DNA from: Candidatus Levyibacteriota bacterium
Lineage (GTDB): Bacteria; Patescibacteriota; Microgenomatia; Levybacterales; UBA12049
DNA length: 64,000 nt
NCBI GenBank assembly: GCA_009695045.1
Contig: SIBS01000002.1
Location: forward strand, 26,774-90,773
Direction of reading: 5' to 3'
Part shown: in pieces, positions 8,921-17,960 of the stretch
Numbering within the stretch: the stretch's first letter is position 1
Layout: every line of letters begins with the position of its first letter
The notes under the pieces: generated by a model
What the model was told of the DNA's origin: nothing
Database searches by the model: none
Seen by the model: the letters and a program-made list of their open reading frames with translations, nothing else
Program-made: the position numbers and the translations under genes

Positions 8921-10518
8921 ATAACATAATTTTTATTTTTACGTCTTTATCTTTTTTTATATGGGTAATAAGAAATACATTTTATTGGGTATATCTCTGG
9001 CAATTAAAAGAATATCGTCTAGATAGAGTTCTTATTCATTTTAAGGAAACTTATCAAGGAAAAAGAATTTTACTATCTCCATTTTTATGGATAAAGATCC
9101 TTCTTATTATAGGGTATGGATATATCGTTTTTAATAATGAATATTTATTATTTTATCAAATATTTATTTCATTAATTTTTTATTATGAGGCTTTTTCTGT
9201 TCTGCAAGAAATAATTTTTCATAGATTACGTCGTCCATCGTCAACTATTAAAGGGGTAATCATGTGTAGCTTAACAATATTTTTTATTTCAATTTTATTT
9301 ACTATTCCTTTTGTTGATAAATATTTATGGCTATTATTACTTGAGTGTTTAATACCATTTATTATTTATATTATTGTTTTTGCTTTTTCTTTCCCAACGG
9401 AAATATATCATGATTATAAAATTGAAAAAGCAAGAAAAAAATTAGCTGATCATAAAAAAATACTTGTTATTGCAATAACTGGAAGCTATGGAAAGAGTTC
9501 CACAAAAGAATTTGTATCACAAATTTTAGAAAAAAAATTTCGATTATTAAAAACTCAAGGTAGTAATAATACTCCAATTGGTATTGCTAATACTATTCTT
9601 GATGGGCTTAAAAATAATACAGAAATACTTGTTACAGAAATGGGTGCATATAAAAAGGGTGAAATATTAGAACTTTGTGAAATTGTTAATCCAGAGATTG
9701 GAATTATTACAGGTATTAACGATCAGCATCTTTCTCTTTTTGGTAGCTTGAGCAATACAATGCAAGCAAAATATGAACTTATAGATTCATTGCCAAAAAA
9801 TGGTCTTGCATTGTTTAATGGTAATAATAATAATGCAAAAAAATTATATGAAAAAACAAAAATAAATAAAGTTCTTTATGAGGTTAAATTTTCAGTAAAT
9901 GATGTTAAGAGGAATATCTTCGCTGAGAATATAGTTACTAAAAAAAATTCTGTTTCTTTTGATGTTATTTTAAAAAGAAAAAAAATTCATTTTGAAGCAC
10001 CAGTTATTGGTGCACATAACATAGAAAACATTCTTCCAGGCATCTTTATCGGAAACAGGCTTGGTATTTCAGATTTTGATTTGGTAAAATCTGTTTCATC
10101 TTTACAATCACTTCCTAAAACAATGACTAAGCAAGAATTGGAAAATGGAACTATAGTTATTGATGATACATTTAATACTAGTCAACAAGCTGTAAGAGCT
10201 GCTTTGTCCTATCTTAAGGTGTTTAAGCAGAAAAGAATTCTTGTATTTCAACCCATGATAGAGCTTGGGGTAAGTGCAGGAGATGAGCACTATAGGGTTG
10301 CTGGTGATATGGTTAAAATATGTGATTATATTTTTGTTACAAATGAAAATTTTTTAAATCAAATGAGAAAAGGTGCTTCTTTAATAAATTCTAAATGTGA
10401 AATAAGAAAAGCTTCTATCGTAGAGATAGCGAAATTTATCCAGAATAAGGTTCATAAAGGAGACGTTGTATTATTTGAAGGAAAAGAAGCGGGAATGGTT
10501 TTGAATAAAATTTTATAA
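8917..10518 (+). CDS. murF: UDP-N-acetylmuramoyl-tripeptide--D-alanyl-D-alanine ligase with an N-terminal ~170-aa polytopic membrane extension
   Basis: Mur-ligase P-loop ITGSYGKSSTKE and the MurF-type motif ITGINDQHLSLFGSL (compare ITNIGxAHLExFGS). About five hydrophobic helices precede the catalytic domains (IIFIFTSLSFFIWVI, ILLIIGYGYIVF, LLFYQIFISLIFYY, VIMCSLTIFFISILFTIPFV, LWLLLLECLIPFIIYIIVFAF). Confidence 0.8.
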   Translation: MNNIIFIFTSLSFFIWVIRNTFYWVYLWQLKEYRLDRVLIHFKETYQGKRILLSPFLWIKILLIIGYGYIVFNNEYLLFYQIFISLIFYYEAFSVLQEIIFHRLRRPSSTIKGVIMCSLTIFFISILFTIPFVDKYLWLLLLECLIPFIIYIIVFAFSFPTEIYHDYKIEKARKKLADHKKILVIAITGSYGKSSTKEFVSQILEKKFRLLKTQGSNNTPIGIANTILDGLKNNTEILVTEMGAYKKGEILELCEIVNPEIGIITGINDQHLSLFGSLSNTMQAKYELIDSLPKNGLALFNGNNNNAKKLYEKTKINKVLYEVKFSVNDVKRNIFAENIVTKKNSVSFDVILKRKKIHFEAPVIGAHNIENILPGIFIGNRLGISDFDLVKSVSSLQSLPKTMTKQELENGTIVIDDTFNTSQQAVRAALSYLKVFKQKRILVFQPMIELGVSAGDEHYRVAGDMVKICDYIFVTNENFLNQMRKGASLINSKCEIRKASIVEIAKFIQNKVHKGDVVLFEGKEAGMVLNKIL

Positions 10519-11777
10519 TGAATTTATATATTAAGCGTCCAATTGCAATTGAAATTTCTCCTAATACAGCTTTTGATGATGTTAGGATTGCTTGGGGAAT
10601 ATTTTTCACCCCATGGCGTTATATTAATGGTAATAGCGTAATGCTTCTTGAACAATGGTTTCGTCAATATTTTTCTGTTTCAAGTGCTATATCTTTCGTA
10701 AGTGGTAGAGGTGCATTATTTATTATCTTACAAGCGCTTGGAGTTAATAAGGATGATGAAGTCATTATTCAATCATTTACATGTGCCGTAGTTCCAAATG
10801 CAATTATTGCTCGAGGAGCAAAGCCAATTTATGTTGATATTAATTTATCTCTTACAATGGATCCAGATAAGTTAGAAAAGGAGATTACAAAAAAAACTAA
10901 AGCTATTATTGTGCAGCATACATTTGGAATCCCATCAGATATTGAAAAAATTGTCTCAATTGCAAATAAATATGAAATTCCCATAATTGAAGACTCTGCT
11001 CATGTAATTGGTGGAATATGGAAAAATAAAAAATTAGGATCAATTGGAAAAGTTGGATTTTTTAGCTTTGGAAGAGATAAGGCTTTTTCATCTGTTTTTG
11101 GCGGAATGGTTATAACTAATGATATTATGTTTGGTAAAAAAATAAGATCTCTACATCGTGTACAAAAAAATCCTTCATTTTTATGGATTCTACAGCAATT
11201 ATTTCACCCAATTGCATTTTATATTATTCTTCCACTTTATGATACTCTTTATATTGGAAAAGTAATTTTAATTATTTTACAAAAATTACATTTTCTTTCT
11301 TTTTCTGTAACAAATAAAGAGAAGGATGGTGGTTTCGAAAAAATACTTTTGTCAAAATTACCAAATGCATTAGCAATACTTGCGCTTCATCAGGTAAGAA
11401 AAATAAAAGAATATAATGCAAAACGAAATAGTATTACGGAATTATATATTAAAGAGCTTTCAGACCCAATGTTTTCTTTTCCATGGAGAGTAAGTAGTTC
11501 ACTTCTTAGATTTCCTGTTTTAATAAATGGCAATAGAGATGATCTTATGTTATTTATGAAAAAACATAATATTTATTTAGGAAATTGGTATACTGAATGT
11601 ATAGGTCCATCGGGGACAGATTTCGAAAAAATATATTATCAAAGAAGTAATTTTCCTATATCTTTAATGATATCTCAAAAGATTATTAATTTGCCAACTT
11701 ACCCAACGATGAAAATTGCTGATGCTAAGCGAATAATTCAAGTATTACAAATATATGCTAGAAATAAAAGAAGTTAA
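10518..11777 (+). CDS. DegT/DnrJ/EryC1/StrS-family PLP-dependent aminotransferase
   Basis: Fold-type I sugar-aminotransferase pattern: DEVIIQSFTCAVVPNAI...GAKPIYVDIN...AIIVQHTFGIP...IIEDSAHVIGG...GKVGFFSFGRDKAFSS (PLP-Lys in FSFxxxK). Confidence 0.7.
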   Translation: MNLYIKRPIAIEISPNTAFDDVRIAWGIFFTPWRYINGNSVMLLEQWFRQYFSVSSAISFVSGRGALFIILQALGVNKDDEVIIQSFTCAVVPNAIIARGAKPIYVDINLSLTMDPDKLEKEITKKTKAIIVQHTFGIPSDIEKIVSIANKYEIPIIEDSAHVIGGIWKNKKLGSIGKVGFFSFGRDKAFSSVFGGMVITNDIMFGKKIRSLHRVQKNPSFLWILQQLFHPIAFYIILPLYDTLYIGKVILIILQKLHFLSFSVTNKEKDGGFEKILLSKLPNALAILALHQVRKIKEYNAKRNSITELYIKELSDPMFSFPWRVSSSLLRFPVLINGNRDDLMLFMKKHNIYLGNWYTECIGPSGTDFEKIYYQRSNFPISLMISQKIINLPTYPTMKIADAKRIIQVLQIYARNKRS

Positions 11778-12774
11778 CGATAAAAAACAATGGACTAATT
11801 TTCTTTCAAAAAAAGAAATTATATACTATCCACTTTTTCAATCATGGAATTGGGGCGAGGTTCAAAAAGCACTAGGATTCTCTATAATTAGAATTGGTTT
11901 ATTTGATAATGATAAATTAGTAGCTGTTTGTTTAATCATAGATATCATCGCAAAGCGTGGGCATTATCTACATCTTCGTCATGGGCCAGTTATCTTAGAT
12001 AAAAATATCGTTTATATTAATGCAATAGTTAATTATGTAAAGAAAATTGCTAAGGAAAAGAAAGCAAAATTTATTAGAATGAGTCCATTATGGGAAAAAA
12101 AGATTGTTGATATAAAATATCTAAAAAATAATGGATGCATTGATGCTCCAATTTATAATATGGATGCTGAATATTGTTGGGTACTAGATATATCAAAATC
12201 TGAAAAAGAACTTCTTTCGGACATGCGTAAGTCTCATCGTTATCTTATACGTAAATCACTTAAAATGCATATTGAGATATCAAAAACAAATGATGTTAAA
12301 GCAGTAGATGATTTCCTTTTATTATATAAAGATCTCTCTGATCGAAAACATTTTGTTCCACATAGAGGAATTAGAGAGGAAGTGATGTTTTTTGGACAAG
12401 ATAATGAAGCACTTCTTTTATTAGCTAGCTGGAATAATGAAATAGCAGGTGGAGCTGTTATTGATTTTGTTGGAAAAATGGCAATATATCATCATGGAGC
12501 AACTCTCTCAAGGTATCGAGATATTCCCCTTTCCTATATTATTCAGTGGCAGGCTATTTTGGAAGCAAAAAAGCGAGGTATGAAAATATATAATTTTTGG
12601 GGAATTGCACCGCTAAATCAGCCTAATCATCCATGGCAAGGTCACACACTTTTTAAAATGGGATTTGGTGGAGAAGTTTGTGAATTTGTACATGCCCAAG
12701 ACATACCGTTATCACTTGATTATTGGCGAAGTTGGATTATTGAAAAAATAACAAAGAAGCTGAAGGGATATTAA
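11755..12774 (+). CDS. FemABX-family peptidoglycan peptidyltransferase (aminoacyl-tRNA-dependent)
   Basis: Conserved Fem-family C-terminal motif YIIQWQAILEAKKRGMKIYNFWGI (compare YLLQWEAIKYAKEKGYKxYDFGGI). About 340 aa with two GNAT-like halves. Confidence 0.7.
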   Translation: MLEIKEVNDKKQWTNFLSKKEIIYYPLFQSWNWGEVQKALGFSIIRIGLFDNDKLVAVCLIIDIIAKRGHYLHLRHGPVILDKNIVYINAIVNYVKKIAKEKKAKFIRMSPLWEKKIVDIKYLKNNGCIDAPIYNMDAEYCWVLDISKSEKELLSDMRKSHRYLIRKSLKMHIEISKTNDVKAVDDFLLLYKDLSDRKHFVPHRGIREEVMFFGQDNEALLLLASWNNEIAGGAVIDFVGKMAIYHHGATLSRYRDIPLSYIIQWQAILEAKKRGMKIYNFWGIAPLNQPNHPWQGHTLFKMGFGGEVCEFVHAQDIPLSLDYWRSWIIEKITKKLKGY

Positions 12775-12854
12775 TACATAGTTAATCGGTTCTTATGTGT
12801 TTAATTCTTTATCTGTTTGCTATTAAAATCAATCACATGATATAATTACTTCTT

Positions 12855-13862
12855 ATGGGACAACTTTTAGGACTTCTTATTATGTCTTTTTTTATATCTG
12901 GAATTCTGTTCATTCCTTTTATAGATTTTCTCTATAAAATAAAACTTCAGAGACAAAAACAAATCACAAAAGACATGTTTAATAAGCATACGCCAATTTT
13001 TGATAAATTTAATTCTTGGAAAGTTGGCACACCGTTTGGAGGAGGTATTCTTATAATAATTGTAGTTACATTGCTTACATTTTGGTCATATGGAGTCTTT
13101 GGTGTAAAGGTAAAGCCATGGGAATTATTTGTATTATTATTTTCATTTATAGGATTTGGATTATTAGGATTATATGATGATATTAAAAAATTATTCCCTG
13201 ACAATAAAGCATTTTTTGGTCTTTCTTTTACTGTAAAATTTCTTATTCAATGGATAATTGCTTTTATTTTAGCTTCTGTATTATATATTAATCTTGGCTA
13301 TTCATTTATTTTTATTCATGGATTTGGATTGGCAAATATTGGATTTTTATATATTCCTATTGCTGCATTTATTATTGTATCTTTTGCTAATGCATTCAAT
13401 ATTGCTGATGGTTTAGATGGACTTGCTTCTGGGCTTCTTTTAATTTGTTTAGGATCTTTTTTAGCAATTTCTTCAACAGCATTAGATCAGGGATTGGGCA
13501 TGTTTATATCTATTCTTATGGGAAGCGTTGGTGCTTTTTTATATTTTAATATTTATAAAGCTCGAATATGGCTTGGAGACGTTGGCTCAATGGCGCTTGG
13601 TGCATCACTTGGAATAATAGGTCTTCTAACAGGAAAAATTATCGCTGTTGCATTTATTGGTGGCGTTTTTGTATTAGAGGCAGGTTCATCACTTTTACAA
13701 ATTTTGAGTAAAAAATTCTTCGGAAAAAAAGTATTTCCTGTATCTCCGCTTCATCTTTATTTACAACGACATGGATGGGAGGAGCCAAAAATTGTCATGC
13801 GTGCTTGGTTACTTGGATTTCTCTTTGCTATTATTGGTCTATACTTCGCTTTCATCGGTTAA
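12855..13862 (+). CDS. mraY: Phospho-N-acetylmuramoyl-pentapeptide transferase
   Basis: Polytopic membrane protein with the NAFNIADGLDGLASG motif and GDVGSMALG. Confidence 0.92.
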   Translation: MGQLLGLLIMSFFISGILFIPFIDFLYKIKLQRQKQITKDMFNKHTPIFDKFNSWKVGTPFGGGILIIIVVTLLTFWSYGVFGVKVKPWELFVLLFSFIGFGLLGLYDDIKKLFPDNKAFFGLSFTVKFLIQWIIAFILASVLYINLGYSFIFIHGFGLANIGFLYIPIAAFIIVSFANAFNIADGLDGLASGLLLICLGSFLAISSTALDQGLGMFISILMGSVGAFLYFNIYKARIWLGDVGSMALGASLGIIGLLTGKIIAVAFIGGVFVLEAGSSLLQILSKKFFGKKVFPVSPLHLYLQRHGWEEPKIVMRAWLLGFLFAIIGLYFAFIG

Positions 13863-13935
13863 TAAACGTCTTTATCTATTTAAAATAGTTTAGTAATATA
13901 TCTAAAAATATTTAAATTTATGATACGATAATAAT

Positions 13936-15000
13936 ATGAAAAAAATAGATTTTACGCTTTTTTTTACAGTTATTATATTGTCATTATTTGGTCTTTTTAT
14001 GATTTATAATGCATCTTCATTTATTGCTTTCAGAGATTTTTCTGATAAATACCATTATGTAAAAGATCAATTATTATGGTTAATCCTTGGATTTATAGGA
14101 TTAGTTTTCTTTTCATTATTTGATTATAAAAGATTGTATTATTTATTTTTACCAATATTAATTTGTATATTTTTGTTATTAATCTCAGTTTTTTTACCAA
14201 TAATTGGTGTATACGTATTAGGAGCGCACAGATGGATTAATTTCGGATTTTTTGTACTTCAACCAAGTGAATTAGTAAAACTTGGTTTAGCTATATGCTT
14301 ATCTGCTTGGTTTTCTGACAACGAAAAAGGTAGATTTGGTCCAGCCTGTATTATTATAATAATGATAATTATCTTGGTTATGATTGAGCCAGATATGGGA
14401 ACTGCTGTTGTCCTACTTCTTGAGTCGATAGTTATATATTTTCTATCTGGTGGAAGCATATTTAATCTTTTTATGATTATTCCTTTAATCTTCACAGCTG
14501 GATACATAGCAATTAAAATAGCTCCTTATAGGGCAGAACGCTTACTTGAACATATGGGAGTTTATTATTCCATTGATAAGACTTCTTATCATGTAAAACA
14601 AATTCTTATCGCATTAGGTTCTGGTGGAATTACAGGGATTGGTTTTGGTAATTCGCTTCAGAAATATGCATATTTGCCAGAAAATACAACAGATTCAATC
14701 TTTGCAATTATTGCTGAAGAATACGGTCTAGTTGGGGGTGGATTACTCTTATCAGTTTATATATTCTTAATATGGAGAGGGATACATATTGCTAAAAATA
14801 CAAAAGATTCATTTGGAAAACTACTCAGTGCAGGAATAATTACTTTTTTAGGGATTCAGGCACTGATTAATTTAGGTGCTCAATCAGCATTAATTCCTTT
14901 AACTGGTATTCCATTGCCCTTTATTTCTTATGGTGGTTCAGCAACCGTGGTGAATTTATGCTCTATTGGTATTTTGCTTAATATTTCAAAAAAAATATGA
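13936..15000 (+). CDS. ftsW: SEDS-family peptidoglycan glycosyltransferase/lipid II flippase FtsW
   Basis: SEDS motifs (QPSELVKLGL, PENTTDSIFAIIAEEYGLVGG, PFISYGGSA); dcw position between mraY and murG. Confidence 0.85.
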   Translation: MKKIDFTLFFTVIILSLFGLFMIYNASSFIAFRDFSDKYHYVKDQLLWLILGFIGLVFFSLFDYKRLYYLFLPILICIFLLLISVFLPIIGVYVLGAHRWINFGFFVLQPSELVKLGLAICLSAWFSDNEKGRFGPACIIIIMIIILVMIEPDMGTAVVLLLESIVIYFLSGGSIFNLFMIIPLIFTAGYIAIKIAPYRAERLLEHMGVYYSIDKTSYHVKQILIALGSGGITGIGFGNSLQKYAYLPENTTDSIFAIIAEEYGLVGGGLLLSVYIFLIWRGIHIAKNTKDSFGKLLSAGIITFLGIQALINLGAQSALIPLTGIPLPFISYGGSATVVNLCSIGILLNISKKI

Positions 15001-16118
15001 AGATAATAATTGCATCTGCTGGGGGTGGTCATTTCTCTCCCGTTCTATCTGTTATAAAAAGATTGTCAAAAGCAGAAGTTATTGTTATTGGAAGAAAATA
15101 TGGAATTGAGGGAGATAGAACAGCAGAATCATTGGAATATAAAATTTGTAAAAGTCTTGATCTTCGTTTTATTTCTTTGACAACTGGTAGATTGCAGCGT
15201 AAATTTACAAAATATACTCTTTTATCACTTGCAAAAATTCCATTTGGAATTATTCAATCATTCACATTTTTAATAAAAGAAAAACCTGACATTGTTCTTT
15301 CGTTTGGTGGATATATTGGTATTCCTGTTGTTGTATCTGCATGGTTACTTAATATACCAGTAATTATTCATGAACAAGCTCTTACTATTGGACTTGGAAA
15401 TAAGTTTGCAGCAATTTTTGCTAAAAAGGTTTGTATTTCATGGGAAACATCTTTACCTTTTTTTCCAAATAAAAAAACAGTCCTTACAGGTAATCCTATA
15501 AAAGATGAATTTATAAATCTAGATGTAGATAACATTAATCCCGTTAAGTTTGGATTTAAATCTAAAAATCCATTGTTATATATAACTGGAGGAAGCATTG
15601 GATCTCACAGTATTAATAATTTAGTAGAAAAATCACTTCCTGACTTGCTTCAATCCTGTAATGTATTACATCAAACAGGAGACGCTACTGAGTTTAATGA
15701 TTTTAATAGATTGATTCAGTTACGAAAAAATCTACCTGAGAATTTGAGACAAAATTATATTATTAAAAAATTTTTGACAAGTAAAGAAGCAGTGGAAGCT
15801 ATTACTTCTGCTAATCTTGTTATTTCTCGTGCAGGAATAGGCACAATCACAGAGCTGCTTTATATTGGTGTTCCTAGCATTATATTACCTATTCAAGATA
15901 ATTTAGAACAAGAAGCTAATGCAGTTTTTATTGAAGAAAAAGGATCTGCGGAAATTATAAGATCAATTAATGCAACGTCTCAAAATTTCATAGAAGTAGT
16001 AAATAAAATGATTTTAAATGAAAGTAAATATAGAAATATGGCACAAAAAAATAAAAAACTTATTAAAAAAGATTCTGCAGATAAAATAGTTGCAGTTTTG
16101 CAAGATTATCTAAAATAG
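14997..16118 (+). CDS. murG: Undecaprenyldiphospho-muramoylpentapeptide beta-N-acetylglucosaminyltransferase
   Basis: N-terminus IIIASAGGGHFSPVLSV (compare the MurG motif GGTGGHxxPAL); GT28 architecture; position after ftsW. Confidence 0.88.
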   Translation: MKIIIASAGGGHFSPVLSVIKRLSKAEVIVIGRKYGIEGDRTAESLEYKICKSLDLRFISLTTGRLQRKFTKYTLLSLAKIPFGIIQSFTFLIKEKPDIVLSFGGYIGIPVVVSAWLLNIPVIIHEQALTIGLGNKFAAIFAKKVCISWETSLPFFPNKKTVLTGNPIKDEFINLDVDNINPVKFGFKSKNPLLYITGGSIGSHSINNLVEKSLPDLLQSCNVLHQTGDATEFNDFNRLIQLRKNLPENLRQNYIIKKFLTSKEAVEAITSANLVISRAGIGTITELLYIGVPSIILPIQDNLEQEANAVFIEEKGSAEIIRSINATSQNFIEVVNKMILNESKYRNMAQKNKKLIKKDSADKIVAVLQDYLK

Positions 16119-16120
16119 AT

Positions 16121-16558
16121 ATGATAAAAATACATCGTAGGGAAAAAAAGAACAGATTTATTATCCGTTTATATATGATCGTATTTCTGATCATTGTTTT
16201 TTCCCCAGCCATATGTCTATATATCTTATTTAGAACACAAAAATTATTTATAAGTCCATTGCCCAAATCTGTCCATAGGATAGAAAAAAAAATAGCCATA
16301 TATTCTCAATCCGTTAAGGAGTTAGAGTTGCTTTTAGTTAATAAAAAAATACACTTCTTATCAATTAAAGAAGATAATAATCTATCGGCATTTATTATTT
16401 TATTAAAAAATAAAGGTGAGATAATTTTATCTTTAGAAAAAAACCTAGAAGAGCAAGTAGCCTCTTTACAATTAATACTAACTAGATTTACAATAGAAGG
16501 TAAGGGTGTTCGTAGCCTTGATTTTCGTTTCAATAAACCAGTTATTGTATTTTTATAA
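16121..16558 (+). CDS. Minimal FtsQ/DivIB-like division protein (single N-terminal TM, short periplasmic domain)
   Basis: Bitopic topology (basic N-terminus, TM IVFLIIVFSPAICLYILF). The synteny slot between murG and ftsA is normally occupied by ftsQ. Sequence similarity itself is weak; 145 aa. Confidence 0.4.
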   Translation: MIKIHRREKKNRFIIRLYMIVFLIIVFSPAICLYILFRTQKLFISPLPKSVHRIEKKIAIYSQSVKELELLLVNKKIHFLSIKEDNNLSAFIILLKNKGEIILSLEKNLEEQVASLQLILTRFTIEGKGVRSLDFRFNKPVIVFL

Positions 16559-16564
16559 TAAATT

Positions 16565-17869
16565 ATGAGTGATAGTAAAATATTTATTGGAGTTGATATT
16601 GGTACTTCAAAAATTGTTACCGTTATCGCACAGATTGATGAAAACATTAATATTATCGGTGTTTCAGAAATAAAATCTGTTGGAATTAAAAAAGGTCAAA
16701 TTGTAGATATTGAAAATGCAGTTAATTCTATAATTAAATCTCTTGAAGCTGCAGAACGTATGGCTGGATATGGTGCTAAGAATGTTTTCGTTTCAGTTGG
16801 AGGAAGTCATATTGAAAGTCAAAATTCTAATGGAACCGTTGCTGTTTCCTCAAAGCAAGTAGAAATAACTCAGAATGATATTGATCGTGTTATTGATTCA
16901 GCAAGAGCAGTTACGATGCCTTCTTATCGTCAAATTATTCATGTTCTTCCTCGTAATTTTACCGTTGATGGTCAGGAAGGGATAAAAGATCCAATTAGCA
17001 TGACTGGATATGTCTTAAAAGTTGATGCACATATTATTACTGCTAACATTACAAATATTCGAAATATAGAAAGAGCACTTAATGAGGCAGGTGTAAATAT
17101 AGATAATTTTGTTTCAATTGGCTATGCAAGTAGTTTAGCAGTTCTTACTGATACTGAAAAAGAACTAGGCATTGTTCTTGTTGATATTGGATCTGGAACA
17201 ACTAGTATATGTATTTACATAGATGGATCTGTTTCTTTTTCGTCAGTAATTCCTATAGGTGCACGTCATATAACTAGTGATTTGGCGCTTGGACTTAGAA
17301 TATCTATAGAAAGTGCTGAAAAAATAAAGATTCATCTTTCGGGATGCGTAGTTAGAAAAACTATTCGACCAGATGATTTAGAAGGATTATCAGAAAATAA
17401 AATTATAGATAAATCTGATGAACTAGATATTAGCCTCCTTGATATACCAGAAGAATTGAAAAAAATATCTAAAAAAACTTTGATAGAAGGGATTATTAGG
17501 CCGAGGCTTAATGAAATCTTCACTATGGTTGGTCTTGAGATAAAAAGAAGTGGTTATGGTGGAAAAACACCTGCTGGATTAGTTGTTACTGGTGGGGGAT
17601 CAAAAACAGTAGCTATGACAGAAGCTGCTAAGAGAATGCTTTTAATGCCAGTAAGAATTGGTAACCCAAAAGATTTAAAAGGAATTGTTGATGAGGCTGA
17701 TGATCCTTCATTTTCTGCTGTCATTGGTCTTTGTATATTTGCATCTAAAAAAAATTTAAAATCTGAAAATACATTACCATTTAGTTTTTCACTTTCAAAT
17801 ATTCAATTACAATCATTTTATAAATTTTTTAAAAAAATTACCAATCTAATAAAATCTCTTATGCCTTGA
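16565..17869 (+). CDS. ftsA: Cell division protein FtsA
   Basis: Actin-like ATPase; FIGVDIGTSKIVTVIAQ N-terminus and DIGSGTT phosphate-2 motif. Confidence 0.92.
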   Translation: MSDSKIFIGVDIGTSKIVTVIAQIDENINIIGVSEIKSVGIKKGQIVDIENAVNSIIKSLEAAERMAGYGAKNVFVSVGGSHIESQNSNGTVAVSSKQVEITQNDIDRVIDSARAVTMPSYRQIIHVLPRNFTVDGQEGIKDPISMTGYVLKVDAHIITANITNIRNIERALNEAGVNIDNFVSIGYASSLAVLTDTEKELGIVLVDIGSGTTSICIYIDGSVSFSSVIPIGARHITSDLALGLRISIESAEKIKIHLSGCVVRKTIRPDDLEGLSENKIIDKSDELDISLLDIPEELKKISKKTLIEGIIRPRLNEIFTMVGLEIKRSGYGGKTPAGLVVTGGGSKTVAMTEAAKRMLLMPVRIGNPKDLKGIVDEADDPSFSAVIGLCIFASKKNLKSENTLPFSFSLSNIQLQSFYKFFKKITNLIKSLMP

Positions 17870-17960
17870 TATTTTTTCTAAAATATAAAAAGTTAATTAT
17901 ATTTATTATTCAATTTGCTTATTGCAAAATTTATTCTCTTTTGTTAGGATTTGTTCACAC

